Of a stretch of DNA of 64,000 nt, positions 1 through 8,915 are shown piece by piece. The DNA is from Nitrospiraceae bacterium (lineage in GTDB: Bacteria > Nitrospirota > Nitrospiria > Nitrospirales > Nitrospiraceae): assembly GCA_050246315.1 (NCBI GenBank), contig JBFWWG010000007.1, positions 32,001-96,000 on the forward strand. The letters are read 5' to 3'. Numbering within the stretch: the stretch's first letter is position 1; every line of letters begins with the position of its first letter. The notes beneath the pieces were generated by a model. The model was given only the letters and a program-made list of their open reading frames with translations. It was not told where the DNA came from and made no database searches. Position numbers and translations under genes: made by a program.

Positions 1-2
1 TG

Positions 3-176
3 CCCTTGAACCGAAAACGAAAGCTGGCCGACGACGTCATCGACGGGGATCAGCCGCTGCGCGTGCTCCGCCGCCAGGTGGCCCGCCTCTTTGAAACCTA
101 TCGGATCATGGCCTCCCACCGCACTCGACAGCGCGCGGCCACCTTGCCCCGAACCTCGACCCGTGCAGGGCTGTGA
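3..176 (+). CDS. coaE: Dephospho-CoA kinase, C-terminal fragment (gene begins before the window)
   Basis: Frame from nt 3 reads PLNRKRKLADDVIDGDQPL...AGL*, resembling the CoaE C-terminal 'QMPLxxKxxxADxVIxN' motif; TGA at 174-176. Confidence 0.7.
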   Translation, partial: PLNRKRKLADDVIDGDQPLRVLRRQVARLFETYRIMASHRTRQRAATLPRTSTRAGL

Positions 177-198
177 GCCCGTGTGCTAGAGTGCCGGC

Positions 199-1122
199 AT
201 GCGCCAGGTGGTCATCATCGGCTCCGGTCCCGCAGGACTGACAGCCGCCCTCTACACGGCTCGCGCCAACCTCTCGCCCCTCCTGATCGAAGGCTGGCAA
301 GCAGGTGGACAACTGACAACCACCACCGAAGTTGAAAATTATCCCGGCTTTTCGCAGCCGATTATGGGCCCCGATCTGATGAAGGCGATGCGCGCCCAGG
401 CCGAACGGTTCGGCACTGAGTTTCTGACCGGCGACGTCACCTCGGTGGATCTCGGCCGTCGGCCGTTCACCCTCACCGTTGACGGGGAAAAGAACCTGAC
501 TACCAACGCTCTCATCATCGCGACGGGCGCGTCGGCCATTCGATTGGGTCTGCCCAATGAATCGCGCTTAACCGGTCATGGCGTTTCCACGTGCGCCACA
601 TGCGACGGGTTTTTCTTTCGCGGTCAGGAACTGATCGTGGTGGGCGGCGGCGACAGCGCCATGGAGGAAGCCCTCTTCCTTACCAAATTCGCCACCAAGG
701 TCACGGTGGTGCACCGGCGCGACAAACTGCGTGCGTCGAAGATCATGCAAGAACGCGCGCAGATGAACGCCAAGATCTCCTTCTTGTGGAATACCGTCGT
801 CGAGGACATCCTGGGCTCGGACAAGGTGACCGGCGTTCGGCTACGCCAGGTGCGGACCAACCAGGTCTCTGAGTTGCCGTGTGCCGGAGTTTTTGTGGCG
901 ATCGGCCACCGGCCGAATACGGATCTCTTCACGGGTCAGCTTGAGGTGGATGAGAAAAAATATATCGTAACTCGGAAGGGAACCGTCACCAGTGTCGCGG
1001 GGGTCTTTGCCGCCGGGGACGTGCAAGACTCGGTCTACCGCCAAGCCGTCACCGCCGCCGGCTCCGGTTGCATGGCCGCCATCGACACCGAACGCTGGCT
1101 GGAATCCGTGGGACATCCGTGA
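199..1122 (+). CDS. trxB: Thioredoxin-disulfide reductase
   Basis: [11 protein letters not shown] motif, CATCDG redox motif, [16 protein letters not shown]. Confidence 0.97.
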   Translation: MRQVVIIGSGPAGLTAALYTARANLSPLLIEGWQAGGQLTTTTEVENYPGFSQPIMGPDLMKAMRAQAERFGTEFLTGDVTSVDLGRRPFTLTVDGEKNLTTNALIIATGASAIRLGLPNESRLTGHGVSTCATCDGFFFRGQELIVVGGGDSAMEEALFLTKFATKVTVVHRRDKLRASKIMQERAQMNAKISFLWNTVVEDILGSDKVTGVRLRQVRTNQVSELPCAGVFVAIGHRPNTDLFTGQLEVDEKKYIVTRKGTVTSVAGVFAAGDVQDSVYRQAVTAAGSGCMAAIDTERWLESVGHP

Positions 1123-2300
1123 TGCGTGTGGCCATCGTCCACTATCACGAGTTGGCTCTCAAAGGACGCAATCGTCCATTCTTCGAGCAGCGTCTGGTGG
1201 AACACCTGCGCGGAGCGCTCAAGGATCTTGGTGTGCGACAAATCCAGGCGCTTCACGGCCGCATCCGGGTCGAAATGACGGTCGAGACCGATTGGAAGGT
1301 CGTGCGCGAACGCCTGGCACAGGCCTTCGGATGCACCCACTTCTTGTTGGCCCACGCGGTGCCCATGGACGTCGCGCAGCCGGATCTGGAACCGGTCAAG
1401 ACTGCCGCCTCGGTGCTGGCCTGCGGCCAGTCCTCCGCCACCTTTCGCGTCACCGCCAAACGAGCGGACAAGCGCTATCCCTGGACCTCGATGGACATCG
1501 AGCGGGCGGTTGGCGAACACGTCTGTGGAACCACCGGCAAGCGAGTCAGGTTGAAGCAGCCTGATCTGACGATCTACGTCGAACTGGCGTCCAAGGAAGC
1601 CTACGTGGCGGTCGAACGGCATACGGGACCGGGCGGACTGCCGATCGGCGTCAGCGGCAAGGTGGCCTGTCTGCTCTCGGGAGGGATTGATTCACCCGTC
1701 GCCTCCTACCGCATGATGAAGCGCGGCTGCCGGGCCACGTTTGTCCATTTCCACGGTAGGCCGTTCGTGAGCCGCGCGTCGGAGGAGAAGGCTCGCGAGT
1801 TGGTCAAGATCCTCACGCCCTACCAACTGACCTCTCGCCTCTACCTCATCCCGTTCGGAGAGATCCAACGGCACATCGTCCTGAGCGCGCCTGCAGCCGT
1901 TCGCGTCGTCTTGTATCGCCGCATGATGATCCGGATCGCGGAGGAACTCGCCCGGCGTGAACACTGTTGGGCATTGGTGACCGGAGACAGTCTCGGGCAG
2001 GTGGCGTCGCAGACAGCGGAGAACCTGAGCGTGATCGAGGAAGCGGCCACCCTCCCCCTTCTGCGCCCGCTCATCGGAATGGACAAGATTGAAATTACCG
2101 GCGAGGCTCAGGCCATCGGCACTTTCGAAACCTCGATCGAACCGGATCAGGATTGTTGCCGACTGTTCGTCCCGCCCCATCCCAGCACGAAAACCGACCT
2201 CGACCACATCCGCAAGCTCGAACGGCATCTCGACATCGGCACCCTGACCAAACAGGGGTTGGAGGCAGCCGAGTCGGTCGATTTGGCGTTCCCTCGCTAG
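1122..2300 (+). CDS. thiI: tRNA 4-thiouridine synthase ThiI (THUMP + PP-loop, no rhodanese domain)
   Basis: HYHELALKGRNR N-terminus, LLSGGIDS PP-loop, TGDSLGQVASQT, DCC; ATG at 1122 overlaps the trxB stop. Confidence 0.95.
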   Translation: MRVAIVHYHELALKGRNRPFFEQRLVEHLRGALKDLGVRQIQALHGRIRVEMTVETDWKVVRERLAQAFGCTHFLLAHAVPMDVAQPDLEPVKTAASVLACGQSSATFRVTAKRADKRYPWTSMDIERAVGEHVCGTTGKRVRLKQPDLTIYVELASKEAYVAVERHTGPGGLPIGVSGKVACLLSGGIDSPVASYRMMKRGCRATFVHFHGRPFVSRASEEKARELVKILTPYQLTSRLYLIPFGEIQRHIVLSAPAAVRVVLYRRMMIRIAEELARREHCWALVTGDSLGQVASQTAENLSVIEEAATLPLLRPLIGMDKIEITGEAQAIGTFETSIEPDQDCCRLFVPPHPSTKTDLDHIRKLERHLDIGTLTKQGLEAAESVDLAFPR

Positions 2301-2902
2301 TGCCCCTTGTCCAGCTTCGCCAGCTTGGCCCGCACCAGCTTGAAATGGGCCTCGAGCTCGCGCTTGACCTCGAGGGCCACGAGCCAGTCCGGCGCGATCG
2401 TTTTGGGCTCGACCAGAAGGTCGAACTCTGCCTTGGTATGGAGGGGAGACCCGTTCGAAGAGAGTTTCCACGTGCGCGCATAGCGTTTGAAGTCGCCGCC
2501 GATCATGGTCGTCGTCAAGCCCCCGTCCGGCGAGATTCGATTCTCTCCGAGCAGACGCGACTCGCCGGGCAAGATGGGATGAGCGATAAAGATCTCCGTA
2601 ATGGCACGATCAGGCATCCGCTCGACTTTTCCCACCCTCATCGACACGTCGAACAGCTCGGGCCAATGTTCGTAATCCGTGAACAGGGCCTGTACGGCGG
2701 CCATCGGGGCCGGCAGATCAAGGATGGCGTGGGCCCTCACCCCGCCTTGCGGATCGGGCTTGACATCGAGGTGTGTGTTGATCGCCGCCACATCCTCGAT
2801 CCCGGCCCCCGTGGCTCCCGGTGCTTGAAACAATGCGGCCGCGCACCAGAGTAGCGGCCAGGCCCGGCCACTCACAAGATGCCTCGTCACTCCCTGTCCC
2901 AC
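2297..2902 (-). CDS. Exported SRPBCC/polyketide cyclase-like (START fold) protein
   Basis: Signal-peptide-like N-terminus; 'AVQALFTDYEHWPELF' and 'GDFKRYARTW' are typical of SRPBCC proteins. Confidence 0.65.
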   Translation of the reverse strand: MGQGVTRHLVSGRAWPLLWCAAALFQAPGATGAGIEDVAAINTHLDVKPDPQGGVRAHAILDLPAPMAAVQALFTDYEHWPELFDVSMRVGKVERMPDRAITEIFIAHPILPGESRLLGENRISPDGGLTTTMIGGDFKRYARTWKLSSNGSPLHTKAEFDLLVEPKTIAPDWLVALEVKRELEAHFKLVRAKLAKLDKGH

Positions 2903-2903
2903 A

Positions 2904-4028
2904 TCATCCCAGCTTCATCAGTGAATCCAGCAGCCGCTGGTGAATGCGCCGAACCCGCTCGAGCTGCCCCTTGGCTGGAAACCGCTCATAAAAGCCGTCG
3001 GCCCGAAACTCCTTAACCAGCTTCGCCCAAGGTTGCAGCAGGTCGGCAAACGGCTTCGGCGATCGTTGCTGCTCCCAATCGCTGATGAGCTTTCGGTCGA
3101 TAATCAGGTCGTCCAGCACGCGGATCAGCGCCTTAAGCGTCACATCCCGCGTAAACATGTATCGCTCGTTGTTTCCCCATATTTCGCTCATCACTTCCTT
3201 GGCGCCCTTGAGATAGTCCCGCACGAGCGCATAACACCGGTCCGGCTTCATACCCAGGTGCGTGTCCATCCAGCGCTTATGCGCCGTCACGACTTTCAGC
3301 AACTCGTTGAAGATCTCGGACTGGAGCACCCACTTTTCCTGCTTGCTGCGTCCGCCCAGCCGGTTGATCTTGTATTGGAGGGGCGAGTCTGCCTCTTCAT
3401 AGAGCAGATTCACTACCTTGGCGGTGAACTTCTTCTCCGGACTTTCCCAGGAAACCTTTTCGTACAGATCCACGAGATGCGACCGGTTGATGCGCGTGTG
3501 GGTCGAGTTGATAATCACGAACATCTCGGTGGCGAAGTCTGCGCTGCGCCCATCGAACAGCACGCAAGGCACTTCCACCTGCTCAATCTGATCCGGGTGC
3601 CTGTCCTGAAAAAAGTGAAGGCCGGCCAGTCGGTGCTGGCCGTCGATCACCAGGTACTTACCGTTCGGCTCGCTCAGATGCCCCAGTGTTTCATTCCCGT
3701 CGAGCTTTTGGAACCGCAAGGTTTCATCGGTGAACAAGAGCACGGTACCGGGAATCATGGGCTGCGTCACGACCGTCTCGTAGAAGTTCACAATCTGTTT
3801 GATTTTCTGGCGGTTCAAGATACGTTGAAAACCCCTCTCGCTCCGCTCGATGCCTGCGATAAACTTGGCTACTTCGTCGTGCTCGGATACTTTCCCTTCC
3901 GCGATTTCCTCGCCTTCGAAATAGTAGCGGCTCGTGAACCGAACTTTGCGCAACAGGTCCTGCGCCTTGTATGAGATAAAATAGAACGTGCCTTCCTTCT
4001 GGCGGATCCGCGTTGCGAGCATCGTCAC
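2904..4028 (-). CDS. DGQHR-domain (DndB-like, ParB/Srx-fold) protein
   Basis: FQRILN motif, 'LVIDGQHRLAGL', 'EMFVIINSTH'. Confidence 0.88.
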   Translation of the reverse strand: MTMLATRIRQKEGTFYFISYKAQDLLRKVRFTSRYYFEGEEIAEGKVSEHDEVAKFIAGIERSERGFQRILNRQKIKQIVNFYETVVTQPMIPGTVLLFTDETLRFQKLDGNETLGHLSEPNGKYLVIDGQHRLAGLHFFQDRHPDQIEQVEVPCVLFDGRSADFATEMFVIINSTHTRINRSHLVDLYEKVSWESPEKKFTAKVVNLLYEEADSPLQYKINRLGGRSKQEKWVLQSEIFNELLKVVTAHKRWMDTHLGMKPDRCYALVRDYLKGAKEVMSEIWGNNERYMFTRDVTLKALIRVLDDLIIDRKLISDWEQQRSPKPFADLLQPWAKLVKEFRADGFYERFPAKGQLERVRRIHQRLLDSLMKLG

Positions 4029-4046
4029 CCCTCGTCCTGACTCCGT

Positions 4047-5756
4047 TCACTGCTTGAGAGCCGCCTGAATCTCGGCCGGCTCCAGTGTGTTGACCACATC
4101 GGTGACGCTCAGCCCTCCCTTGCGGGCGACATTCACCCCGAACGGAACGTCCCTCAATCCGTCTGCGACATGAGCATCAGGATTGATGCTGACCTTGACA
4201 CCCTGCTCTCTGACCGCGGCGCAGAGACGCCAGTCGAGGTCCAGCCGGTGCGGGTTTGCGTTGATCTCGAGGATCTTGCCGTGCTCCTTCGCCGCCTGGA
4301 TGACGCGGGCCATGTCGATCCGATACCCTTCGCGTGAGAGCAGGAGCCGGCCGGTGGGGTGCCCGAGCATCGTCACATGGGGATTGGCCAAGGCGCGCAC
4401 CACACGGGCGGTTTGCTCCTCCTCCGGAAGATTGAAACGGCTGTGGACCGAGGCGATGACAAAGTCGAACGTCGCCAATACCTCATCCGGATAATCCATC
4501 GCGCCGTCAGCCAGGATATCGGCTTCGATACCTTTGAGGATGAGGATGTCGGGCAGCCGCTTGCGCAGCGCGTCAATCGCCGCATGTTGCTCGCGGATGC
4601 GGTCTTCCTTCAAGCCGTTGGCGTAGAACGCGGACTGGCTGTGGTCCGAGATGCCGATGTATCGATACCCTAGCCTCCGGGCCTCCTCGACCATCTCCTC
4701 CAATGTGGAGGAACCGTCGCTGGCGGTCGTATGGTTGTGAAAGATACCTTGGATATCGTGCGCTGTCACGAGTCGAGCGAGTTCGCCCCGCTCGGCCGCC
4801 TCAATCTCGCCCAATCCCTCCCGTAACTCCGGCTCGATCCAGGGCAGGTCCAGCGCTCGATAGAGGTCGGCCTCATTCTCCGCCGGTGGAGACAGGGGGC
4901 CTCGGTCCTCGTCCAGATTCCATGTGACTCCCCGTGCCGTGGCACGGTCTCTCAACCGAGCCAGGTGCTGATCGTTGCCGGACTTGGAGAGCAGGAGATG
5001 GGGTGAGAGGGATGAGGAAACGTGAATCACCACGGCAAGCCCCAGCGCTGACCGCCCGCGAAGGACGGGCCCTTCCTGAATCAGCCGGTGATCGATGCCT
5101 TGCGCGACAAGCGCCGGCCCGATTGAATCCGGCCGATCCGTGGCCACTACCAACTCAATCGTTTGGACGATCTCCATGCAACGCCGGAGATCGCCCACCA
5201 ACTCAACCCGTACCACTCCTGAGACCGACCGGCAAGCGGCGACGAGCGCCTGGGCCTCCTCGATGGCATTGGCGAAAAGTTGAAACCCTTGACGCTTCTT
5301 GAACTGGAGAATTCCCTGTCTGATCTTATCCTGGGTCTTCTGTCCGAATCCGGGCAATCCGACCAAGCGATTCTCGATGCAGGCATATTCAAGTTCCCCG
5401 ACCGTGGTGACACCAAGCTGTTGCCACACGGTCAAGATTTTCTTCGGTCCCATTCCAGCAATGGCCCGCATGTCGACCAAGCCGGCCGGCACTGACCGTT
5501 TCAACTCCTCATAGTAGACCAGCCGCCCCGTCTCCACCAGTTCGGTGAGCTTCTCGGCCAGAGCCTGTCCGATTCCCTTCAATTCGCGAATGCGCCCCGT
5601 GGCCACCATCTCGGCGAGATCGTCCGTGGCCCCTACGATGGTCCTGGCCGCATTGTAATAGGCCTGGCTCTTGAATGGACTCTCTCCTTTGAGCTCCAAC
5701 AGCAACCCGATATCATCGAGGATCTCTACGATCTCGCGCTTGGTCGGCGACGGCAT
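4047..5756 (-). CDS. polX: DNA polymerase X/PHP 3'-5' exonuclease, with degenerate polymerase active site
   Basis: GESPFK..AY N-terminal domain, HhH motifs GIG/GMGPK/GFGQK, PHP motifs HNH..SDG, SDHS, GIEAD, GHPTGR, NPDAH. Confidence 0.93.
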   Translation of the reverse strand: MPSPTKREIVEILDDIGLLLELKGESPFKSQAYYNAARTIVGATDDLAEMVATGRIRELKGIGQALAEKLTELVETGRLVYYEELKRSVPAGLVDMRAIAGMGPKKILTVWQQLGVTTVGELEYACIENRLVGLPGFGQKTQDKIRQGILQFKKRQGFQLFANAIEEAQALVAACRSVSGVVRVELVGDLRRCMEIVQTIELVVATDRPDSIGPALVAQGIDHRLIQEGPVLRGRSALGLAVVIHVSSSLSPHLLLSKSGNDQHLARLRDRATARGVTWNLDEDRGPLSPPAENEADLYRALDLPWIEPELREGLGEIEAAERGELARLVTAHDIQGIFHNHTTASDGSSTLEEMVEEARRLGYRYIGISDHSQSAFYANGLKEDRIREQHAAIDALRKRLPDILILKGIEADILADGAMDYPDEVLATFDFVIASVHSRFNLPEEEQTARVVRALANPHVTMLGHPTGRLLLSREGYRIDMARVIQAAKEHGKILEINANPHRLDLDWRLCAAVREQGVKVSINPDAHVADGLRDVPFGVNVARKGGLSVTDVVNTLEPAEIQAALKQ

Positions 5757-5824
5757 GGCGGAGAAATTCTACGCTCCCCACGGAAGTGGCCGCAACTCAT
5801 CGCCCTATGTTACGATGCGCCGTC

Positions 5825-6211
5825 ATGAAGGCGCGCAACTTCATGTTCTTGATCGCCGTGGTGATCGTAGTAGGCGGGACCGCCCTGTGGTTCGCGAACG
5901 CCGTCCTCCCTTCGAGTTGGGCTCAGGACATTCCGGAAGACCCGCACGTCACGACAGAACGATTTTGCAGTTTCGGCATGGCCAAGGGAGAAAAACACCA
6001 GAAGTGCGAAGTGCCGATCCTGCCGGGGTGCGTGGTCGCCAATTTTCCCGGAACGAAGAAGCCCTGGACCACCATTTCAAAGGGCGGGAAGACGACCTGT
6101 CAGTTCGACCCCAAAGCCACCGACTGGAAAACCAGAATCGTCGGCGCCTGCACGAAATGCACCTCCACGCAATGTTCCGTGACCTTCAACGTTCGGTTTA
6201 TGTGTTCATAG
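5825..6211 (+). CDS. Hypothetical exported Cys-rich protein
   Basis: Hydrophobic N-terminus, 8 Cys in the mature part; TGT-TACGAT extended -10-like element just upstream. Confidence 0.7.
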   Translation: MKARNFMFLIAVVIVVGGTALWFANAVLPSSWAQDIPEDPHVTTERFCSFGMAKGEKHQKCEVPILPGCVVANFPGTKKPWTTISKGGKTTCQFDPKATDWKTRIVGACTKCTSTQCSVTFNVRFMCS

Positions 6212-6260
6212 CCTACCGGCTTCGGGACGACTGAATCCGATCCTACCTTCATGGCCACCC

Positions 6261-7250
6261 ATGTCTCTCAGCAACAGAATCAAGCAGGAGGCGCAGGTAC
6301 TGGGATTCGACGCAGTCGGGATTGCCCGCGTGCCGCCGTCCAGCCACGAGAGCGGTCCCCAAAGCACGTCATCGCCATCGGCATTTCTGTCCCACCTCCT
6401 CGACCGGCTTCGCACCTGGTTGGACGCTCAGTTCCACGGGACGATGGGATGGATGGCGCGCGACCCGGCCCGGCGGGCCGATCCTTCTCGCGTCCTGCCC
6501 GAGTGCCGGTCCCTGGTATCTGTCGGCCTGAATTACTTCACCGGCCATCACGCCGACGAAGGCCCCGGATACGGACGGATCGCACGCTACGCATGGGTGC
6601 GCGATTATCATGAGGTGCTGGGAGACAAACTCGCCGCCTTCTGCGCCCGCATCCACGACCTTGCGCCGGAGTCCCGATCAATCTGGTACGTGGATACCGG
6701 TCCGGTGATGGAGAAGGCCTGGGCGCAACAGGCCGGTCTCGGCTGGATCGGCAAGCATTCCAATCTGGTTTCGGGACAGTACGGTTCGTGGCTGGTCCTG
6801 GGCGAGGTCCTGACGACATTGGAGTTGGAGCCTGATGAGGCGGGCAGCGATCTCTGCGGTTCCTGTTCGCTGTGCATCAACGCTTGCCCGACCGGCGCGA
6901 TTGTCGCCCCCTATGTCGTCGATGCGCGGCGGTGCATCTCCTATCTCACGATCGAATATCGCGGCGAAGGTTCGGATATTCCGGACCAGCTTCGCCGGAG
7001 CATGGGCCACCGCATTTTCGGTTGCGACGACTGCTTAGATGTCTGCCCGTACAATGCGCAGGCTCCGGCCACCGCGAACGCGGAGGTACAGCCCCGTCCC
7101 TGGACGCTACGGCCCGACCTCACGCGCCTCGGCGAGACGACAACTGCCGACTTCCTCAGCCTCACCCACCAGAGCCCGATTCGTCGAAGCAAGCATGCGG
7201 GATTCCTCCGGAACATCGAGATCGCGCGCCAAAACACCGGTTCCTCCTGA
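6261..7250 (+). CDS. queG: Epoxyqueuosine reductase QueG
   Basis: IARYAW..DYH, VDTGPVMEK, AGLGWIGK, CGSCSLCINACPT, RCISYLTIE, GCDDCLDVCP. Confidence 0.96.
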   Translation: MSLSNRIKQEAQVLGFDAVGIARVPPSSHESGPQSTSSPSAFLSHLLDRLRTWLDAQFHGTMGWMARDPARRADPSRVLPECRSLVSVGLNYFTGHHADEGPGYGRIARYAWVRDYHEVLGDKLAAFCARIHDLAPESRSIWYVDTGPVMEKAWAQQAGLGWIGKHSNLVSGQYGSWLVLGEVLTTLELEPDEAGSDLCGSCSLCINACPTGAIVAPYVVDARRCISYLTIEYRGEGSDIPDQLRRSMGHRIFGCDDCLDVCPYNAQAPATANAEVQPRPWTLRPDLTRLGETTTADFLSLTHQSPIRRSKHAGFLRNIEIARQNTGSS

Positions 7251-7422
7251 TTCGGCAGCTCGTACCGCAACCCAGTCCGTGACAACCCCACCCGTCAGTC
7301 CCGGACTCCCACCGGGATGGACGCTTGCTTCTTGGCAGGGGTATGATGACCGCGAATAGTCGGCCGATCCATCGAGAGATCGCGGAACCCGATCAGACCA
7401 CAGCCGACCGGCAAGAGGGCAC

Positions 7423-8799
7423 ATGCGGCCACCAATCTTGCTCATTATTGAAGACGAAGAGCGCATGCGCCGGCTCTTCGAACTGGTCCTATCGCCGGAA
7501 GGCTATGATCTGCGTCTCGCTCGAAGCGGGGAACTGGGTCTGCAACTCCTCGCCGACACTCCCCTGCCGGACCTCATCATTACCGACCTCCAATTGGGTT
7601 CCGGCATGACCGGCATGCAGGTGCTGGAGTCGGCCAAAGCTTCCCATCCCGATATTCCGGTACTGATCGTGACCGGGTACGGAACGGTCAAATCGGCGGT
7701 GGAGGCCATGCACAAGGGCGCCTACGACTATATCTCCAAGCCCATCGACAACGAGGAACTGAAGATCGTGGTGGCCCGCGCCATCGAACTCCGGCGCCTG
7801 TCTCAGACCCAGCAGGTGATGTACCGGGACTTGGAAAACGAATACGGCTTCGACCGCATGATCAGCCTCTCACCCCGCATGGCGCAACTGAAAGCCCTGG
7901 CCCTCGACATTGCCAAGGCGGACGCCACGGTGCTTGTCACCGGAGAAAGCGGAACGGGCAAGGAGCTGCTCGCGCGCGCCATCCACCTTGCCGGCAGCCG
8001 ATCCGGAGGCCCGTTGGTCGCCGTAAACTGTGCCGGCATCCCCGAACATCTCTTAGAGTCCGAACTCTTCGGGTACGAGAAGGGAGCCTTTACCGACGCC
8101 AAGCGATCCAAGCCCGGTCGTTTTCAACTCGCCGATCGAGGCACGTTATTTCTAGATGAGATCGGGGAAATGAGCCTCACGGCGCAGGCCGCCATGTTGC
8201 GGGTGCTGGAAACCCGACTGGTGGAACCGCTCGGCTCGGTGCGCGCCGTCAACGTGGACATTCGGATCATCGCCGCTACCAACCAGTCGTTGCCGGACCT
8301 GGTCAAACAGGGACGGTTCCGCGAGGATCTCTATTACCGACTGAACGTCTGCCACCTGCACATCCCTCCGCTCCGCGAACGGCCGGAAGACCTACGTCCC
8401 CTGCTCGACGCCTTTCTCGAACGATCCCGTCGGGAGAGCGGGACCCGGCTGCGCCGAATATCCCCCGAAGCCTTGGCGCGCTTGGAACAGTACGAATGGC
8501 CGGGTAACGTCCGAGAGCTGCGGAACCTGGTCGAATGGCTCACTCTTACCTGCAAACGGGACGAGGCTAGATCGGAAGATTTGCCGCCAGCCTGGACGGG
8601 CCGCACGACGGCTCCGGTACAGGCCGATCCGCCTCCCGCCTCGTTATTGTCGTTCGGCCTGTCGGCCGATGAGATGGAAAAACGTTTGCTCCAGGAGGCC
8701 TTGGACAGGAGTCGCGGCAACATTTCCGAGGCCGCCCGCATGCTCAAAATGACACGGAACACACTTCGCTATCGGATGGCCAAGTATCAGCTCTCCTAA
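7423..8799 (+). CDS. Sigma-54-dependent NtrC-family response regulator
   Basis: Receiver domain (IEDE, ITD, KP), GESGTGKE, GAFTDA, FLDEIGE, WPGNVREL, Fis-type HTH. Confidence 0.95.
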   Translation: MRPPILLIIEDEERMRRLFELVLSPEGYDLRLARSGELGLQLLADTPLPDLIITDLQLGSGMTGMQVLESAKASHPDIPVLIVTGYGTVKSAVEAMHKGAYDYISKPIDNEELKIVVARAIELRRLSQTQQVMYRDLENEYGFDRMISLSPRMAQLKALALDIAKADATVLVTGESGTGKELLARAIHLAGSRSGGPLVAVNCAGIPEHLLESELFGYEKGAFTDAKRSKPGRFQLADRGTLFLDEIGEMSLTAQAAMLRVLETRLVEPLGSVRAVNVDIRIIAATNQSLPDLVKQGRFREDLYYRLNVCHLHIPPLRERPEDLRPLLDAFLERSRRESGTRLRRISPEALARLEQYEWPGNVRELRNLVEWLTLTCKRDEARSEDLPPAWTGRTTAPVQADPPPASLLSFGLSADEMEKRLLQEALDRSRGNISEAARMLKMTRNTLRYRMAKYQLS

Positions 8800-8915
8800 C
8801 CCGCATTATTCACGATGACTGCTCCTGCAACCGCCGTGCGATCCGTTGCCGCCCAAGACCAACGGGCGAAACGGCACGAACTCTCGTGAAGAATGCGGGT
8901 TAACCGGGCAACGGC

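Noticed and set aside
1122..7250. Dnd phosphorothioation or Dpd deazaguanine DNA-modification cluster
   Set aside because: Only a DGQHR gene is present; thiI and queG look like ordinary tRNA-modification enzymes; no dndCDE or dpdA/C
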